A stretch of 19,683 bases of DNA from Phycisphaerae bacterium (GCA_030608075.1 JAUWIU010000034.1:1-19683); one strand, 5' to 3'; positions 8,997-16,880 are shown, counted from the stretch's first letter. The notes: generated by a model not told the origin, from the letters alone. Numbers and translations: made by a program.

Positions 8997-9992
8997 ATGA
9001 GTAAAGCAAGACTCTTTGTTGTCGCGGGGTTGGCCGTTGCCGCCCTTGTCGCAATTCTTGTCATCGTGGCAAGGCACGGTAAGGCAACCGCAGTCCGGGA
9101 TATTGGCTCAAAGACCACAGAATCCACCGGAGCTATCGGCCTATCCGTATTGACGATGGGCAATCCCTTTTTCAAGGATATTGCTGACGCGATGCATATC
9201 GAAGCAGCCAAACATCACTATCGGGTCATTGTCGAATCCGGCGACAGCGACCCCGCCAAACAAAAAGACCAGGTCGCAAGCTTCATCGTCCAGAAGGTTG
9301 ATGCAATTGTCCTGTGTCCATGTGATTCCAAATCAATCGGAAGCTCCATCATCGCCGCCAATAAGGCCGGCATCCCTGTCTTCACCGCCGATATCGCCTG
9401 CCTCGCAGAAGGCGCCAAAGTCATCTGCCACGTGGCAACCGACAATTACGGCGGCGGACGTGAGGCGGCCAGGGCTATCATCGAAGCAATCGGAAACAGG
9501 GGCAAAGTCGCTATAGTCGACTACCCGGAGATAGAATCCGTCATCCTGCGGACAAACGGCTTCGAGGACGAGCTTGCACGCGCAAAAGCTGAAGACGGCG
9601 TAGACATTGAGATTGTTGCGAAGATACCCGGTATGGGCGAGGAAGCCCAGTCTTTCAAGGCCGCTGAGGACATTCTTCAGGCCCATCCAGACCTGGATGC
9701 AATCTTTGCCATAAATGACCCCTCCGCTATGGGAGTGGTCGCAGCAGTTGAGAAAGCCGGCAAAGGCGGCAGAATCAAAATCGTCGGATTTGACGGTATG
9801 CCTCGCGGGCGACTGGCTATCAGAGACGGAAAGGTTTACGCCGACCCTATTCAGTATCCCAAAAGAATAGGAACAACAACCGTAGAAGTCATAATGAAAT
9901 ACATGGCCGGAGAAAAAGTGCCGCCTGAAATTCTTATCCCGACTACGCTGTATCGAAAAACCGACGCCGAAAAAGACCCAACCCTTAAGTAG
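8997..9992 (+). CDS. Periplasmic sugar-binding protein of an ABC transporter (RbsB/Peripla_BP_1-like), membrane-anchored or signal-peptide bearing, 331 aa.
   Basis: N-terminal hydrophobic segment (LFVVAGLAVAALVAILVIVA). Typical type-I periplasmic binding protein motifs (GLSVLTMGNPFF, VDAIVLCPCDS, IPVFTADI, INDPSAMGVVAAVEKAGK). Gene context is with an ABC ATPase and permease. Confidence 0.85.
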   Translation: MSKARLFVVAGLAVAALVAILVIVARHGKATAVRDIGSKTTESTGAIGLSVLTMGNPFFKDIADAMHIEAAKHHYRVIVESGDSDPAKQKDQVASFIVQKVDAIVLCPCDSKSIGSSIIAANKAGIPVFTADIACLAEGAKVICHVATDNYGGGREAARAIIEAIGNRGKVAIVDYPEIESVILRTNGFEDELARAKAEDGVDIEIVAKIPGMGEEAQSFKAAEDILQAHPDLDAIFAINDPSAMGVVAAVEKAGKGGRIKIVGFDGMPRGRLAIRDGKVYADPIQYPKRIGTTTVEVIMKYMAGEKVPPEILIPTTLYRKTDAEKDPTLK

Positions 9993-10003
9993 AAAGAACC
10001 CTG

Positions 10004-11512
10004 ATGAACTTTAACAATACCCCTGACGCCAAGAGGCCTCTGGTGCAGATGGAGGGTATCGACAAGTCTTTTCCCGGTGTCAGGGCCTTGCGGAATGCTC
10101 GGCTCCGGCTTTATCCGGGCCAGGTTCTCGGCCTGGTCGGAGAAAACGGCGCCGGAAAGACCACCCTAATCAAGACCCTTTCCGGCGCGCACATGCCAGA
10201 CGCCGGCACCATCACAATTGACGGCGTCCAGCCGCATATTCGCACTCCCCTCGACGCCCAGAGGGCGGGGGTGGCGGTTATCTATCAGGAGTTCAATCTC
10301 GTCCCAACTCTCACCGCCCGCGAGAATATCTTTCTCGGCCGTGAAAAGGCAAAGTGCTCGTTCGTTTCGCGAAGGGCCGAACGTCGTCAGGTTCAGCGGC
10401 TTTTTGCCGATATCGGGGTGAGTATCGACCCCGAGGCCCTCTGCCGGGACCTGTCCGTAGCGCAGCAGCAGGTGGTCGAAATCGCCAAAGCAATCTCCAT
10501 AAGTGCCCGAATAGTCGTTATGGATGAACCCTCCGCCTGTCTTACGCCGCAGGAGGTCAAACGCTTGTTCGCCATCATACGAGACCTCAAAAAGCAGGGG
10601 ATAGGGGTCATTTACATCAGCCATCGTCTGGAGGAGATTTTCAAAATTGCCGACAGCGTTACTGTAATGCGCGACGGTGAGCACGTCACAACCCGCCCGG
10701 TCGGCGAGATAACAAGCGCCGAGCTGATAGAAATGATGGTTGGCCGCAGGCTGGAAAATGAGTTCCCCAAGGCAAAGACGCCTGTCGGCCCCGAGCGACT
10801 GGTGGTCAAAAAATTGTGCCGCGGCAGGGCCGTCAGAGATGTCTCCTTCAGCGTCAGGCGCGGTGAGGTGCTGGGCGTCACGGGCCTGGTCAGCGCCGGT
10901 CGCACCGAGGTCGCACGGCTTATCTTCGGCGCAGATGTCCCCGACAGCGGAAGCATAGAGCTTGACGCCAGACCGCTCTACATCCGCTCACCCCGCGACG
11001 CTATCGCCAATAGCATCTGCCTCTTGACCGAAGACCGCAAGGCCCAGGGGCTGGTTGCGGGATTGTCGGCCCATGAAAACTTTGCACTGCCGAATCTTTC
11101 GCACTGGTCACGAAATTCCTTTATCAACCCAAAAAAGGAACGCAGTGCATTTGCCCGCTACGTCAACAGCCTTAACATCAAGCTCGCCGACCAGCAGCAG
11201 CTCGCCGGCAACCTCTCCGGCGGAAATCAGCAGAAGCTGGTCCTGGCAAAATGGCTGGAATCAAACTCCGAAGTTGTCATCTTCGATGAGCCTACCCGCG
11301 GCATCGATGTCGGCTCAAAATACGAGATATACCTGCTCATTAACGAGCTGGCCGCTGCCGGCAAGGCCGTCATTATGATATCATCGGAGTTTGACGAGGT
11401 TCTCGGGATGAGCGACCGTATTATCGTTATGCACGACGGACGCATAAGCGGTGAAATCACCGATGTCGCCGCCGCAACGCAGGAACAAATTATGGCACTG
11501 GCCATCGCATAA
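10004..11512 (+). CDS. Sugar ABC transporter ATP-binding protein with duplicated ABC domains (RbsA/MglA/AraG-type), 502 aa.
   Basis: Walker A GENGAGKTT. Second, degenerate N-loop in domain 2. ABC signature LSGGNQQK. Walker B/D-loop VVMDEPSA and IFDEPTRGID. The two-domain architecture is typical of CUT2-family sugar importers. Confidence 0.9.
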   Translation: MNFNNTPDAKRPLVQMEGIDKSFPGVRALRNARLRLYPGQVLGLVGENGAGKTTLIKTLSGAHMPDAGTITIDGVQPHIRTPLDAQRAGVAVIYQEFNLVPTLTARENIFLGREKAKCSFVSRRAERRQVQRLFADIGVSIDPEALCRDLSVAQQQVVEIAKAISISARIVVMDEPSACLTPQEVKRLFAIIRDLKKQGIGVIYISHRLEEIFKIADSVTVMRDGEHVTTRPVGEITSAELIEMMVGRRLENEFPKAKTPVGPERLVVKKLCRGRAVRDVSFSVRRGEVLGVTGLVSAGRTEVARLIFGADVPDSGSIELDARPLYIRSPRDAIANSICLLTEDRKAQGLVAGLSAHENFALPNLSHWSRNSFINPKKERSAFARYVNSLNIKLADQQQLAGNLSGGNQQKLVLAKWLESNSEVVIFDEPTRGIDVGSKYEIYLLINELAAAGKAVIMISSEFDEVLGMSDRIIVMHDGRISGEITDVAAATQEQIMALAIA

Positions 11513-11533
11513 AATGCAACCGCCTTTGTCGAT

Positions 11534-12877
11534 ATGGAAATGCCAATGAGCATATTAAGGTCGAACAGCAGAATGTCACGCTTTCTGGCAGACTACGGTA
11601 TACTCGGTGTATTGCTGCTGCTCTGCCTGTACTACTCGGTCCGTACGCTCAAACAGCAGCATCCAACCGGTGAGGCGGCCGCTGAAATTCTCGCCCGGAA
11701 AATCTCCCGCTCTTTCGAAAGCTCTGCGAAGGTAGTTATCGCTGCCAAGACCGGCAGAGAAAATCTGGCATTTGCAGATACCCTCAACGAGCTGCTTGAA
11801 AAAGCCGGCTTTAAAATCGTACGCAGTATAAAGGGCGACCCGCTTTCTATCCGAAATGCCTTCGGCAACCTTGCCGACAGCGGCCTGCGCGCCGACACCA
11901 TCGCCACCACACGCGACTACGTCAACGTCGTCCGCAATATCAAAGCAAAGTTCCCGGCACTGGCCGAGGTAACCATCAGCACACCTGACGGCTATCTTTG
12001 GCCGACTTTTCTGCTGCGGGCCAATCTTCTTAACATATCAAACCAAATCGCCGTGATTGCCATTGTAGCGGTCGGCATGACGATGGTTATCGTCACAGGA
12101 GGAATCGACCTTTCCGTCGGCAGCCTGGTGGCCTTTTCCGCAGTGGTCGCAGCCTGGCTGATTCGCCGCACAGGCGGCGCCAATGCGTCCGGCATTGCAA
12201 TGGCTGGTAGCTGCGCCGCCGCCATAATCCTCTGCGCCGTCATCGGCACTTTTTCCGGGGCAATGGTCACCCGGTTCAGGATAGCGCCCTTCATTGTCAC
12301 GCTCGCCGTCATGCAGATGGCACGCGGCCTGGCCTATCTCATAGCAAAGGGTAAACCAATCTACCAAATCCCAGACTCATTCCTCTGGCTCGGACGCGGC
12401 GCTGAGCCCTTCTTCTCCATACCATACGCCGTGATACTTATGGCAATTATCTACATCTCTGCGCACATAATGATGTCCCATACCACGTTAGGCCGCTACA
12501 TCTACGCGGTCGGCGGAAACATCGAAGCCGCACGACTCTCCGGAGTCCGCGTCAATGCAATTCTGCTGCTGGTCTACACCGTAATCGGCGCGCTGGCCGG
12601 CGTCGGCGGAATCGTTATGGCATCACAGCTAAAAAGCGGAGCACCAACCTTCGGCAATATGTACGAGCTGTATATAATTGCCGCCGCCGTTGTCGGAGGG
12701 GCAAGTCTAAAAGGCGGAGAGGGAAAAATCTTCGGCACGCTCATAGGTGCGTTCATCATCGCTGTCATTAACAACGGGATGAACCTCACAAACGTGGAAA
12801 GCTACACGCAAAAGGTCGTCCTCGGCCTCGTTATCCTCGGCGCAGTCCTGCTCGACACCATCAAAAAACGCAGGTAA
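11534..12877 (+). CDS. ABC transporter permease (RbsC/BPD_transp_2 family) with an atypical ~120-aa hydrophilic insertion between TM1 and TM2, 447 aa.
   Basis: C-terminal ~290 aa match RbsC-like permeases (IAVIAIVAVGMTMVIVTGGIDLSVGSLVAF...). The N-terminus has one TM (YGILGVLLLLCLYYSV) followed by a soluble alpha/beta-like segment (AKVVIAAKTGRENLAFADTLNELLEKAGFKIVRSIKG...) before the conserved core. Alternative starts at 11543 and 11570 are possible. Confidence 0.85.
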   Translation: MEMPMSILRSNSRMSRFLADYGILGVLLLLCLYYSVRTLKQQHPTGEAAAEILARKISRSFESSAKVVIAAKTGRENLAFADTLNELLEKAGFKIVRSIKGDPLSIRNAFGNLADSGLRADTIATTRDYVNVVRNIKAKFPALAEVTISTPDGYLWPTFLLRANLLNISNQIAVIAIVAVGMTMVIVTGGIDLSVGSLVAFSAVVAAWLIRRTGGANASGIAMAGSCAAAIILCAVIGTFSGAMVTRFRIAPFIVTLAVMQMARGLAYLIAKGKPIYQIPDSFLWLGRGAEPFFSIPYAVILMAIIYISAHIMMSHTTLGRYIYAVGGNIEAARLSGVRVNAILLLVYTVIGALAGVGGIVMASQLKSGAPTFGNMYELYIIAAAVVGGASLKGGEGKIFGTLIGAFIIAVINNGMNLTNVESYTQKVVLGLVILGAVLLDTIKKRR

Positions 12878-12884
12878 TTAGTAT

Positions 12885-13059
12885 CTGTTGCGGAAACGAG
12901 GTTTTGTCATTCCTGCGAAACTTGTCCTGAGCGGAGCCGAAGGAGCAGGAATCCAGTTTTTAGCCCGTAGACCCCTGCTCCCCGCTTTCGCGGGGACAAG
13001 TTTACACCTGCGAAAGCAGGTGCGGGGGTGACATCATTGGTTTTCGCTTTCCGCAACAG
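12885..13059. repeat. MITE/REP-like 175-bp element bounded by 12-bp perfect terminal inverted repeats CTGTTGCGGAAA (12885-12896 and 13048-13059). Contains three internal hairpins with GAAA/TTTC tetraloops.
   Basis: Read directly from the sequence. The hairpins are CATTCCTGC...GCAGGAATC, CCCCGC-TTTC-GCGGGG and CACCTGC-GAAA-GCAGGTG. The first hairpin module is homologous to 8808-8858. Confidence 0.55.
12905..12966 (+). terminator. Possible intrinsic terminator for the ABC permease gene. Hairpin CATTCCTGC...GCAGGAATC followed by CAGTTTTT.
   Basis: 8-9-bp stem with a large 28-nt loop, then a T5 run. Lies 28 bp after the stop at 12877, in a convergent intergenic region. Confidence 0.3.
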
Positions 13060-13140
13060 GAAGTAATTAAACCAAGAAATGATAACAGGTCAAGCATAAA
13101 CCCGATATTTAGCCCCCAGTTTTACCGGGGGTTCCCGGCG

Positions 13141-13650
13141 CTAATTGCCCTGCAGCGCCGAATCCTTTTCGACCACCTTCTTCTGCTGGGCCTTTTTGAA
13201 TTCTGCCAGTTTCTTGGCCAAACCCTCGTCAGACAGCGCCAGAATTTGCACCGCTAACACGGCGGCGTTTTTCGCACCGGGTTTTCCGACAGCCACCGTA
13301 GCCACCGGCACCCCGCCGGGCATCTGCACGGTGCTAAGCAGCGCGTCAATTCCCTCCAGGCCCGAACCCGAAATCAACGGCACGCCAATAACCGGCAGAG
13401 TTGTCTTTGCAGCCAAGGCACCGGCTAAATGAGCCGCCATACCAGCAGCGGCAATTATCACTTTCAGACCACGCTCGGCGGCGGTCTCGGCAAACTCAGC
13501 CGCCATCGCCGGCGTCCGATGCGCCGAAATTATCCGAACTGTCGGCTCGATACCAAACCCTTTGAGCATATCAATGCAGTTCTGCATAACAGCCTTATCG
13601 CTGTCGGAACCCATTACCACCGCTACGGGACTTGTTTTTTCAGATACCAT
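13141..13650 (-). CDS. purE: N5-carboxyaminoimidazole ribonucleotide mutase / phosphoribosylaminoimidazole carboxylase catalytic subunit (PurE), 169 aa.
   Basis: Classic PurE sequence ([10 protein letters not shown]...IISAHRTP...[14 protein letters not shown]...PVIGVPL). Size and motifs are characteristic. Confidence 0.9.
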   Translation of the reverse strand: MVSEKTSPVAVVMGSDSDKAVMQNCIDMLKGFGIEPTVRIISAHRTPAMAAEFAETAAERGLKVIIAAAGMAAHLAGALAAKTTLPVIGVPLISGSGLEGIDALLSTVQMPGGVPVATVAVGKPGAKNAAVLAVQILALSDEGLAKKLAEFKKAQQKKVVEKDSALQGN

Positions 13651-13750
13651 TTGCTTTTCCGGCCACTGAGATTACAATCACTTTCAGGTTTTGAACTACG
13701 CCGCAATAATAGCGGCCGAACAACAAAAACGCAAGTAACAGGTGGGGAAA

Positions 13751-14626
13751 ATGCACACAAGACAACCCGTTGTCGCCGGACAGTTTTATCCGGGCCGACA
13801 TAATTCGTGCGTGGCCGAAATCGAAGAATTTCTCAAAGAGGCAACACTGAGCCAATCGCTGCCGCAAACGATAGTGGCCGGCATTGTACCACACGCCGGC
13901 TGGACCTTCAGTGCGGCCCCGGCGGCAATGGTCTTTGCAGCGGTAAAAAAACGCCACGAAAACGTAGATACCTTCGTAATTTTTGGAGCTGCACACGCCT
14001 ATTTTGGCTCCGTACCGGCCGTTTATGACAAAGGTAGCTGGCTTACTCCGTTAGGTGAGGTGTCAATCGATGAGGAATTGGCCGACGCAGTATTGAAAAC
14101 CAAACCCGCCGTCAGCGACCCGACAGCTCACAGCCCCGAGCACAGTATCGAGGTGCAGGTGCCGTTCGTACAGCATCTTTTTGCTCAGGCAAAGATACTG
14201 CCGATTATCGTTCCGCCCAGCGACGAGGCGATTCCGTTGGGCGAGGCTGTCGGCGATATTATCGCCGCCGAAGCCGACCGAAAAATCGTTTGTATCGGCT
14301 CAACCGACCTGACCCATTACGGCCCGCGCTATGGCTTCACTCAGATGGGAACCGGACCGGATGCTATCCAGTGGGCCCACCAGGTCAACGATAAGATGTT
14401 TATCGATTTGGCGTTAAAGCTCGACCCTCGAGCGATGCTCACAAGCGCCGCCGAGAACCACAACGCCTGCGGCGCAGGTGCCGCCGCCGCGGCGGTTGCC
14501 GCCGCAAGAAAACTGGGCAAAACCGAAGGCCTTCTGCTTGCACAAACCAACAGCAATGAAGTGATGCTGCAAAAGATGGGAACCTCAAGCGCAGAAAGTG
14601 TCGGCTACGCCGCAATAGTCTTTTAG
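13751..14626 (+). CDS. MEMO1-family protein (AmmeMemoRadiSam system protein B-like), ~291 aa.
   Basis: ATG at 13751 with AGGTGGGG Shine-Dalgarno. The track start at 13742 is a GTG. N-terminal VVAGQFYPG, and PHAGWTFS, HSIEVQVPF, GSTDLTHYGPRYGF, HNACGAG and SVGYAAIVF align with conserved MEMO1 blocks (PHAGY..G, HS.E...P, S.D..H.G.R..Y, NTICG, SYAAG). Confidence 0.8.
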   Translation: MHTRQPVVAGQFYPGRHNSCVAEIEEFLKEATLSQSLPQTIVAGIVPHAGWTFSAAPAAMVFAAVKKRHENVDTFVIFGAAHAYFGSVPAVYDKGSWLTPLGEVSIDEELADAVLKTKPAVSDPTAHSPEHSIEVQVPFVQHLFAQAKILPIIVPPSDEAIPLGEAVGDIIAAEADRKIVCIGSTDLTHYGPRYGFTQMGTGPDAIQWAHQVNDKMFIDLALKLDPRAMLTSAAENHNACGAGAAAAAVAAARKLGKTEGLLLAQTNSNEVMLQKMGTSSAESVGYAAIVF

Positions 14627-14719
14627 CGGGCGCGTCCCTGTTCGGCCCAGATTGTCGAAAAGTGCTTCCGCTGGCGGATAGACTAACTCAACAATTTTAG
14701 GAATTTTTACAGATTTTGC

Positions 14720-14748
14720 TTGAACTTGTATCGCAAGTTTGCGATAAT
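14720..14748 (+). promoter_or_regulatory. Promoter of the toxin-antitoxin operon with an embedded operator: TTGAAC (14720-14725), 17-bp spacer, extended -10 TGcGATAAT (14740-14748). Perfect 8-bp inverted repeat TATCGCAA-gt-TTGCGATA (14729-14746) overlaps the spacer and -10.
   Basis: Read from the sequence. A palindrome overlapping the -10 is the classical arrangement for TA autorepression. RBS AGAGGTAAGG precedes ATG 14765. Confidence 0.55.
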
Positions 14749-14764
14749 ATATTTAGAGGTAAGG

Positions 14765-15136
14765 ATGCCGAAAACAAAAATAACAATATATCAGGAACAG
14801 GCTGAAGTTGTGCCACTGTTGGATTGGTTGGACGAACAGTCTGAGAAGGTGCAGGATAAATGTATCGCTAAAATCAGGCGGCTGGAGAAAATGGGCCTTG
14901 AACTCCGCAGGCCGGAATGTGATTACTTGTCAGAGGGCATCTATGAGTTGAGAGTAAAAGGTAATAAGGTAAATTATCGTATTCTGTATGCCTTTTCAGG
15001 GAAAAATGCAGTTTTGCTTTCGCACGGCTGCACAAAAGGAAGGAAAGTCCCCAGGAAAGAGATAAAAAGAGCAATGAAAAACCTTGCGGAATACAAACGA
15101 AACCCACGCAAACATACTTTCAATGGAGAGTTGTAA
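14765..15136 (+). CDS. higB: Type II toxin-antitoxin system toxin, RelE/ParE superfamily (HigB-like / phage Gp49-like), 123 aa.
   Basis: Small basic protein encoded upstream of an HTH antitoxin (HigBA order: toxin first). Motif pattern matches Gp49/HigB-like toxins: LLDWLDEQ...KIRRLEKMGLELRRP...LSEGIYELRVKGNKVNYRILYAF...VLLSHGCTKGRKVPRKEIKRA. Confidence 0.65.
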   Translation: MPKTKITIYQEQAEVVPLLDWLDEQSEKVQDKCIAKIRRLEKMGLELRRPECDYLSEGIYELRVKGNKVNYRILYAFSGKNAVLLSHGCTKGRKVPRKEIKRAMKNLAEYKRNPRKHTFNGEL

Positions 15137-15138
15137 CA

Positions 15139-15462
15139 ATGGCTAAAAAGCAAAAAACAACAACCGATGCTGTTAAGATACTTCACAAGCGGTATATAAA
15201 TACACCCGCAAGGCGAAAATCTCTGGAAAAAGAAATACAAAATTCAGAGATAGCAGCCCGCATATACGAACTTCGCCAACAGGCAAAACTTAGCCAGAAA
15301 CAGCTTGCCGAACTCATAGGGACAACTCAATCAGTTATAAGCCGCCTTGAGGACGCTGATTATAAAGGCCATAGCCTTGAAATGCTTCGCCGGGTAGCAA
15401 CAGTGCTTCATTGCAAACTGAAAGTCCGGATAGTACCGGAAAACAAGTACGCCTACGCTTAA
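15139..15462 (+). CDS. higA: HTH XRE-family antitoxin (HigA-like), 107 aa.
   Basis: 2-nt gap after the toxin gene. GGAGAG RBS. Helix-turn-helix segment LSQKQLAELIGTTQSVISRLE, typical of Xre/HigA antitoxins. Confidence 0.65.
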   Translation: MAKKQKTTTDAVKILHKRYINTPARRKSLEKEIQNSEIAARIYELRQQAKLSQKQLAELIGTTQSVISRLEDADYKGHSLEMLRRVATVLHCKLKVRIVPENKYAYA

Positions 15463-15465
15463 CTG

Positions 15466-15534
15466 CATTTCCTTCTTCTCAACATCACCGCACCGAGGGC
15501 GAGAAGGAAGCGAGGCGAAGGAAACAGGTCGTCA
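15466..15534. repeat. Repeat copy A of a ~50-90-bp element family. Core TTCTCAACATCACCGC at 15476-15491, with CTTCTC/GAGAAG inverted arms.
   Basis: Shares 21 bp (TTTCCTTCT..CAACATCACCGC) and downstream blocks (CACCgAgGgCGAGAAG, GGAAGCG, GTCaTCAT) with copy C at 17794-17880. Confidence 0.6.
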
Positions 15535-15586
15535 TTAATGAGGATGCATTCAAAACTGGCTGAGAGTTTCCCTCTGCAACACGTGG

Positions 15587-16825
15587 TCAGGCTAACTTGC
15601 TTACTGCTTCGACGACCAGTTTGCCTATTGGCAGATGCTGCGGGCAGCGAGCCTCTGCAAGCCTGTAATCGGTAGCGAGTAGTTTGTTTCTTACTCTACC
15701 TGGGATTTCAGCAAACAGCTTCCTTGCTTTATCATACTCGCCGTAGCTATTGTAGTACATCAAATAACGCATAATATCACTAACGTAAGGTGCATTCGGC
15801 AGAACCGAGTTACAGATGTATGCACAGCCGGCACAATAACCGCTGCAACTCGCCTGGGTGTATGCATCGAAAACCTCGATATCCGTCTGCGAGAGTTTGG
15901 TTTTATCAAGCACTGCTGCAATATTTGAAGTCAGCAAGGCAACATTCTGCATCGCAACACACGCTGAGCTTATCCTCTTGTCTTCCAGCACAGCTTTTAT
16001 TTTTGCCTGTCCCTCGGTAAAACCTCGTTTAAGAAAATGCTCGGCCAGTTTTTTATCCTCGTCAGCTTTAATCTTTTTGCCCTGGGTTTTCATGGCAATA
16101 AGACCGATACCTGCTTTATAACACGCCTCGATAGCAGCCTGCATTTTATCGTCCTTCATCAATCGGAAGTTATAAGCTGTCTGTATCGCATCAATCCAAC
16201 CACATCTTGCTGCGGCTGAGAGACATCGGGACATATTCTTGTGAGTGCTGAAACCGAAAAAGCGAATCAGTTTCCTTTTCTTTGCACCTTCAGCCCACCT
16301 CTTCACTTCATCCGTTAACTGGCCTGGGTCGTACATTCGGTAAACCCCAAAGTACAGGTCGACATATTTGGTATGCATACGTTTCAGGGACGTCTGCAGA
16401 CATTTTTCTAAGTCTGCCGCTGTTTTTGAATCGGATTCCTTGGTGACAATAAACAATTCTTTTCGCACTTCGCGGTTCTTAGAAATGTATTTACCTATAC
16501 TTATCTCACTGTTTCCGCCTGCGGCAACGAGGGATGTATCCCAATGGTTGACTCCCCATTCGAGGGCCTTTCTCAAAACTATCGGTTCTCCAGCGCCGAA
16601 ACCAAGAGCCAGACACGGAATTTCAACTCCTGTTTTGCCTAACTTTCGTCTCGGCACTTGCGGTAATTTGGGCTTTTGTATTTTTTCTTTAGCATTAGGG
16701 TCAGTGACGTTTGGCTCGTTTGGAGCAGCCATCCCATTAGCACCAGCCAAGGCCGAACCTAAACCAGCAGCTCCCATCGTCTTCAGAAAATTCCTTCTAT
16801 CGATTTTATCTTGTTTTTCCTTCAT
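15587..16825 (-). CDS. Tat-exported aldo/keto reductase family oxidoreductase with a C-terminal Cys-rich (putative Fe-S) region, ~412 aa.
   Basis: Twin-arginine signal (DRRNFLKTMGAAGLGSALA). AKR-like core (ELFIVTKE..., GFSTH). C-terminal CSGYCAGCAYIC cluster (C-x3-C-x2-C-x3-C) plus an additional Cys, resembling COG1453-type AKR/Fe-S proteins. The track start at 16840 is a TTG with no SD. ATG at 16825 has a GGAG RBS. Confidence 0.75.
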   Translation of the reverse strand: MKEKQDKIDRRNFLKTMGAAGLGSALAGANGMAAPNEPNVTDPNAKEKIQKPKLPQVPRRKLGKTGVEIPCLALGFGAGEPIVLRKALEWGVNHWDTSLVAAGGNSEISIGKYISKNREVRKELFIVTKESDSKTAADLEKCLQTSLKRMHTKYVDLYFGVYRMYDPGQLTDEVKRWAEGAKKRKLIRFFGFSTHKNMSRCLSAAARCGWIDAIQTAYNFRLMKDDKMQAAIEACYKAGIGLIAMKTQGKKIKADEDKKLAEHFLKRGFTEGQAKIKAVLEDKRISSACVAMQNVALLTSNIAAVLDKTKLSQTDIEVFDAYTQASCSGYCAGCAYICNSVLPNAPYVSDIMRYLMYYNSYGEYDKARKLFAEIPGRVRNKLLATDYRLAEARCPQHLPIGKLVVEAVSKLA

Positions 16826-16850
16826 CGAATCAATCTCCAAAAAAATTCAG

Positions 16851-16880
16851 CGTTTTCTCAACATCACCGTCGCTGAAAGT
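16851..16880. repeat. Repeat copy B, truncated. CAGCGTTTTCTCAACATCACCG, core at 16855-16869. Overlaps the stop codon of the GIY-YIG-like gene.
   Basis: 25-bp match to copy C (CAGCGTTT(CC)TTCTCAACATCACCG). Confidence 0.5.

Noticed and set aside
1167-12789. Numerous 60-170-aa antisense or off-frame ORFs inside the large genes (e.g. 1321-1782, 5176-5562, 6135-6635, 6639-7091, 7825-8277, 10166-10684, 10612-10956, 12038-12367).
   Set aside because: They are fully nested in well-supported longer CDSs with recognisable domains. Their translations are Arg/Pro/Ser-rich, as expected of shadow frames in GC-moderate DNA, and they lack an RBS.
8741-13059. A possible shared outer boundary (CGCTTTCC) between the two REP/MITE-like loci, suggesting both are complete MITE copies.
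   Set aside because: Only an 8-bp match. Locus 1 lacks the CTGTTGCGGAAA terminal inverted repeats, so it is better described as a partial or related module.
13429-14028. ORFs 13429-13803 (+), 13640-13996 (-) and 13807-14028 (+) around the purE/Memo boundary.
   Set aside because: They overlap purE and the Memo-like gene in other frames. The intergenic part is only 90 bp and is occupied by the divergent promoters.
7391-16840. Track start codons at 7391 (TTG), 16840 (TTG), 13742 (GTG), 3418 and 14720.
   Set aside because: All five are over-extended. For 7391, 16840, 13742 and 3418, a downstream in-frame ATG sits at proper spacing from a Shine-Dalgarno-like sequence (7457, 16825, 13751, 3342). 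The 3342 start is also supported by where the signal peptide begins, and 16825 by a clean Tat signal n-region. 14720 lies on the TTGAAC -35 box of the TA promoter, so the toxin starts at ATG 14765 with an AGAGGTAAGG RBS.
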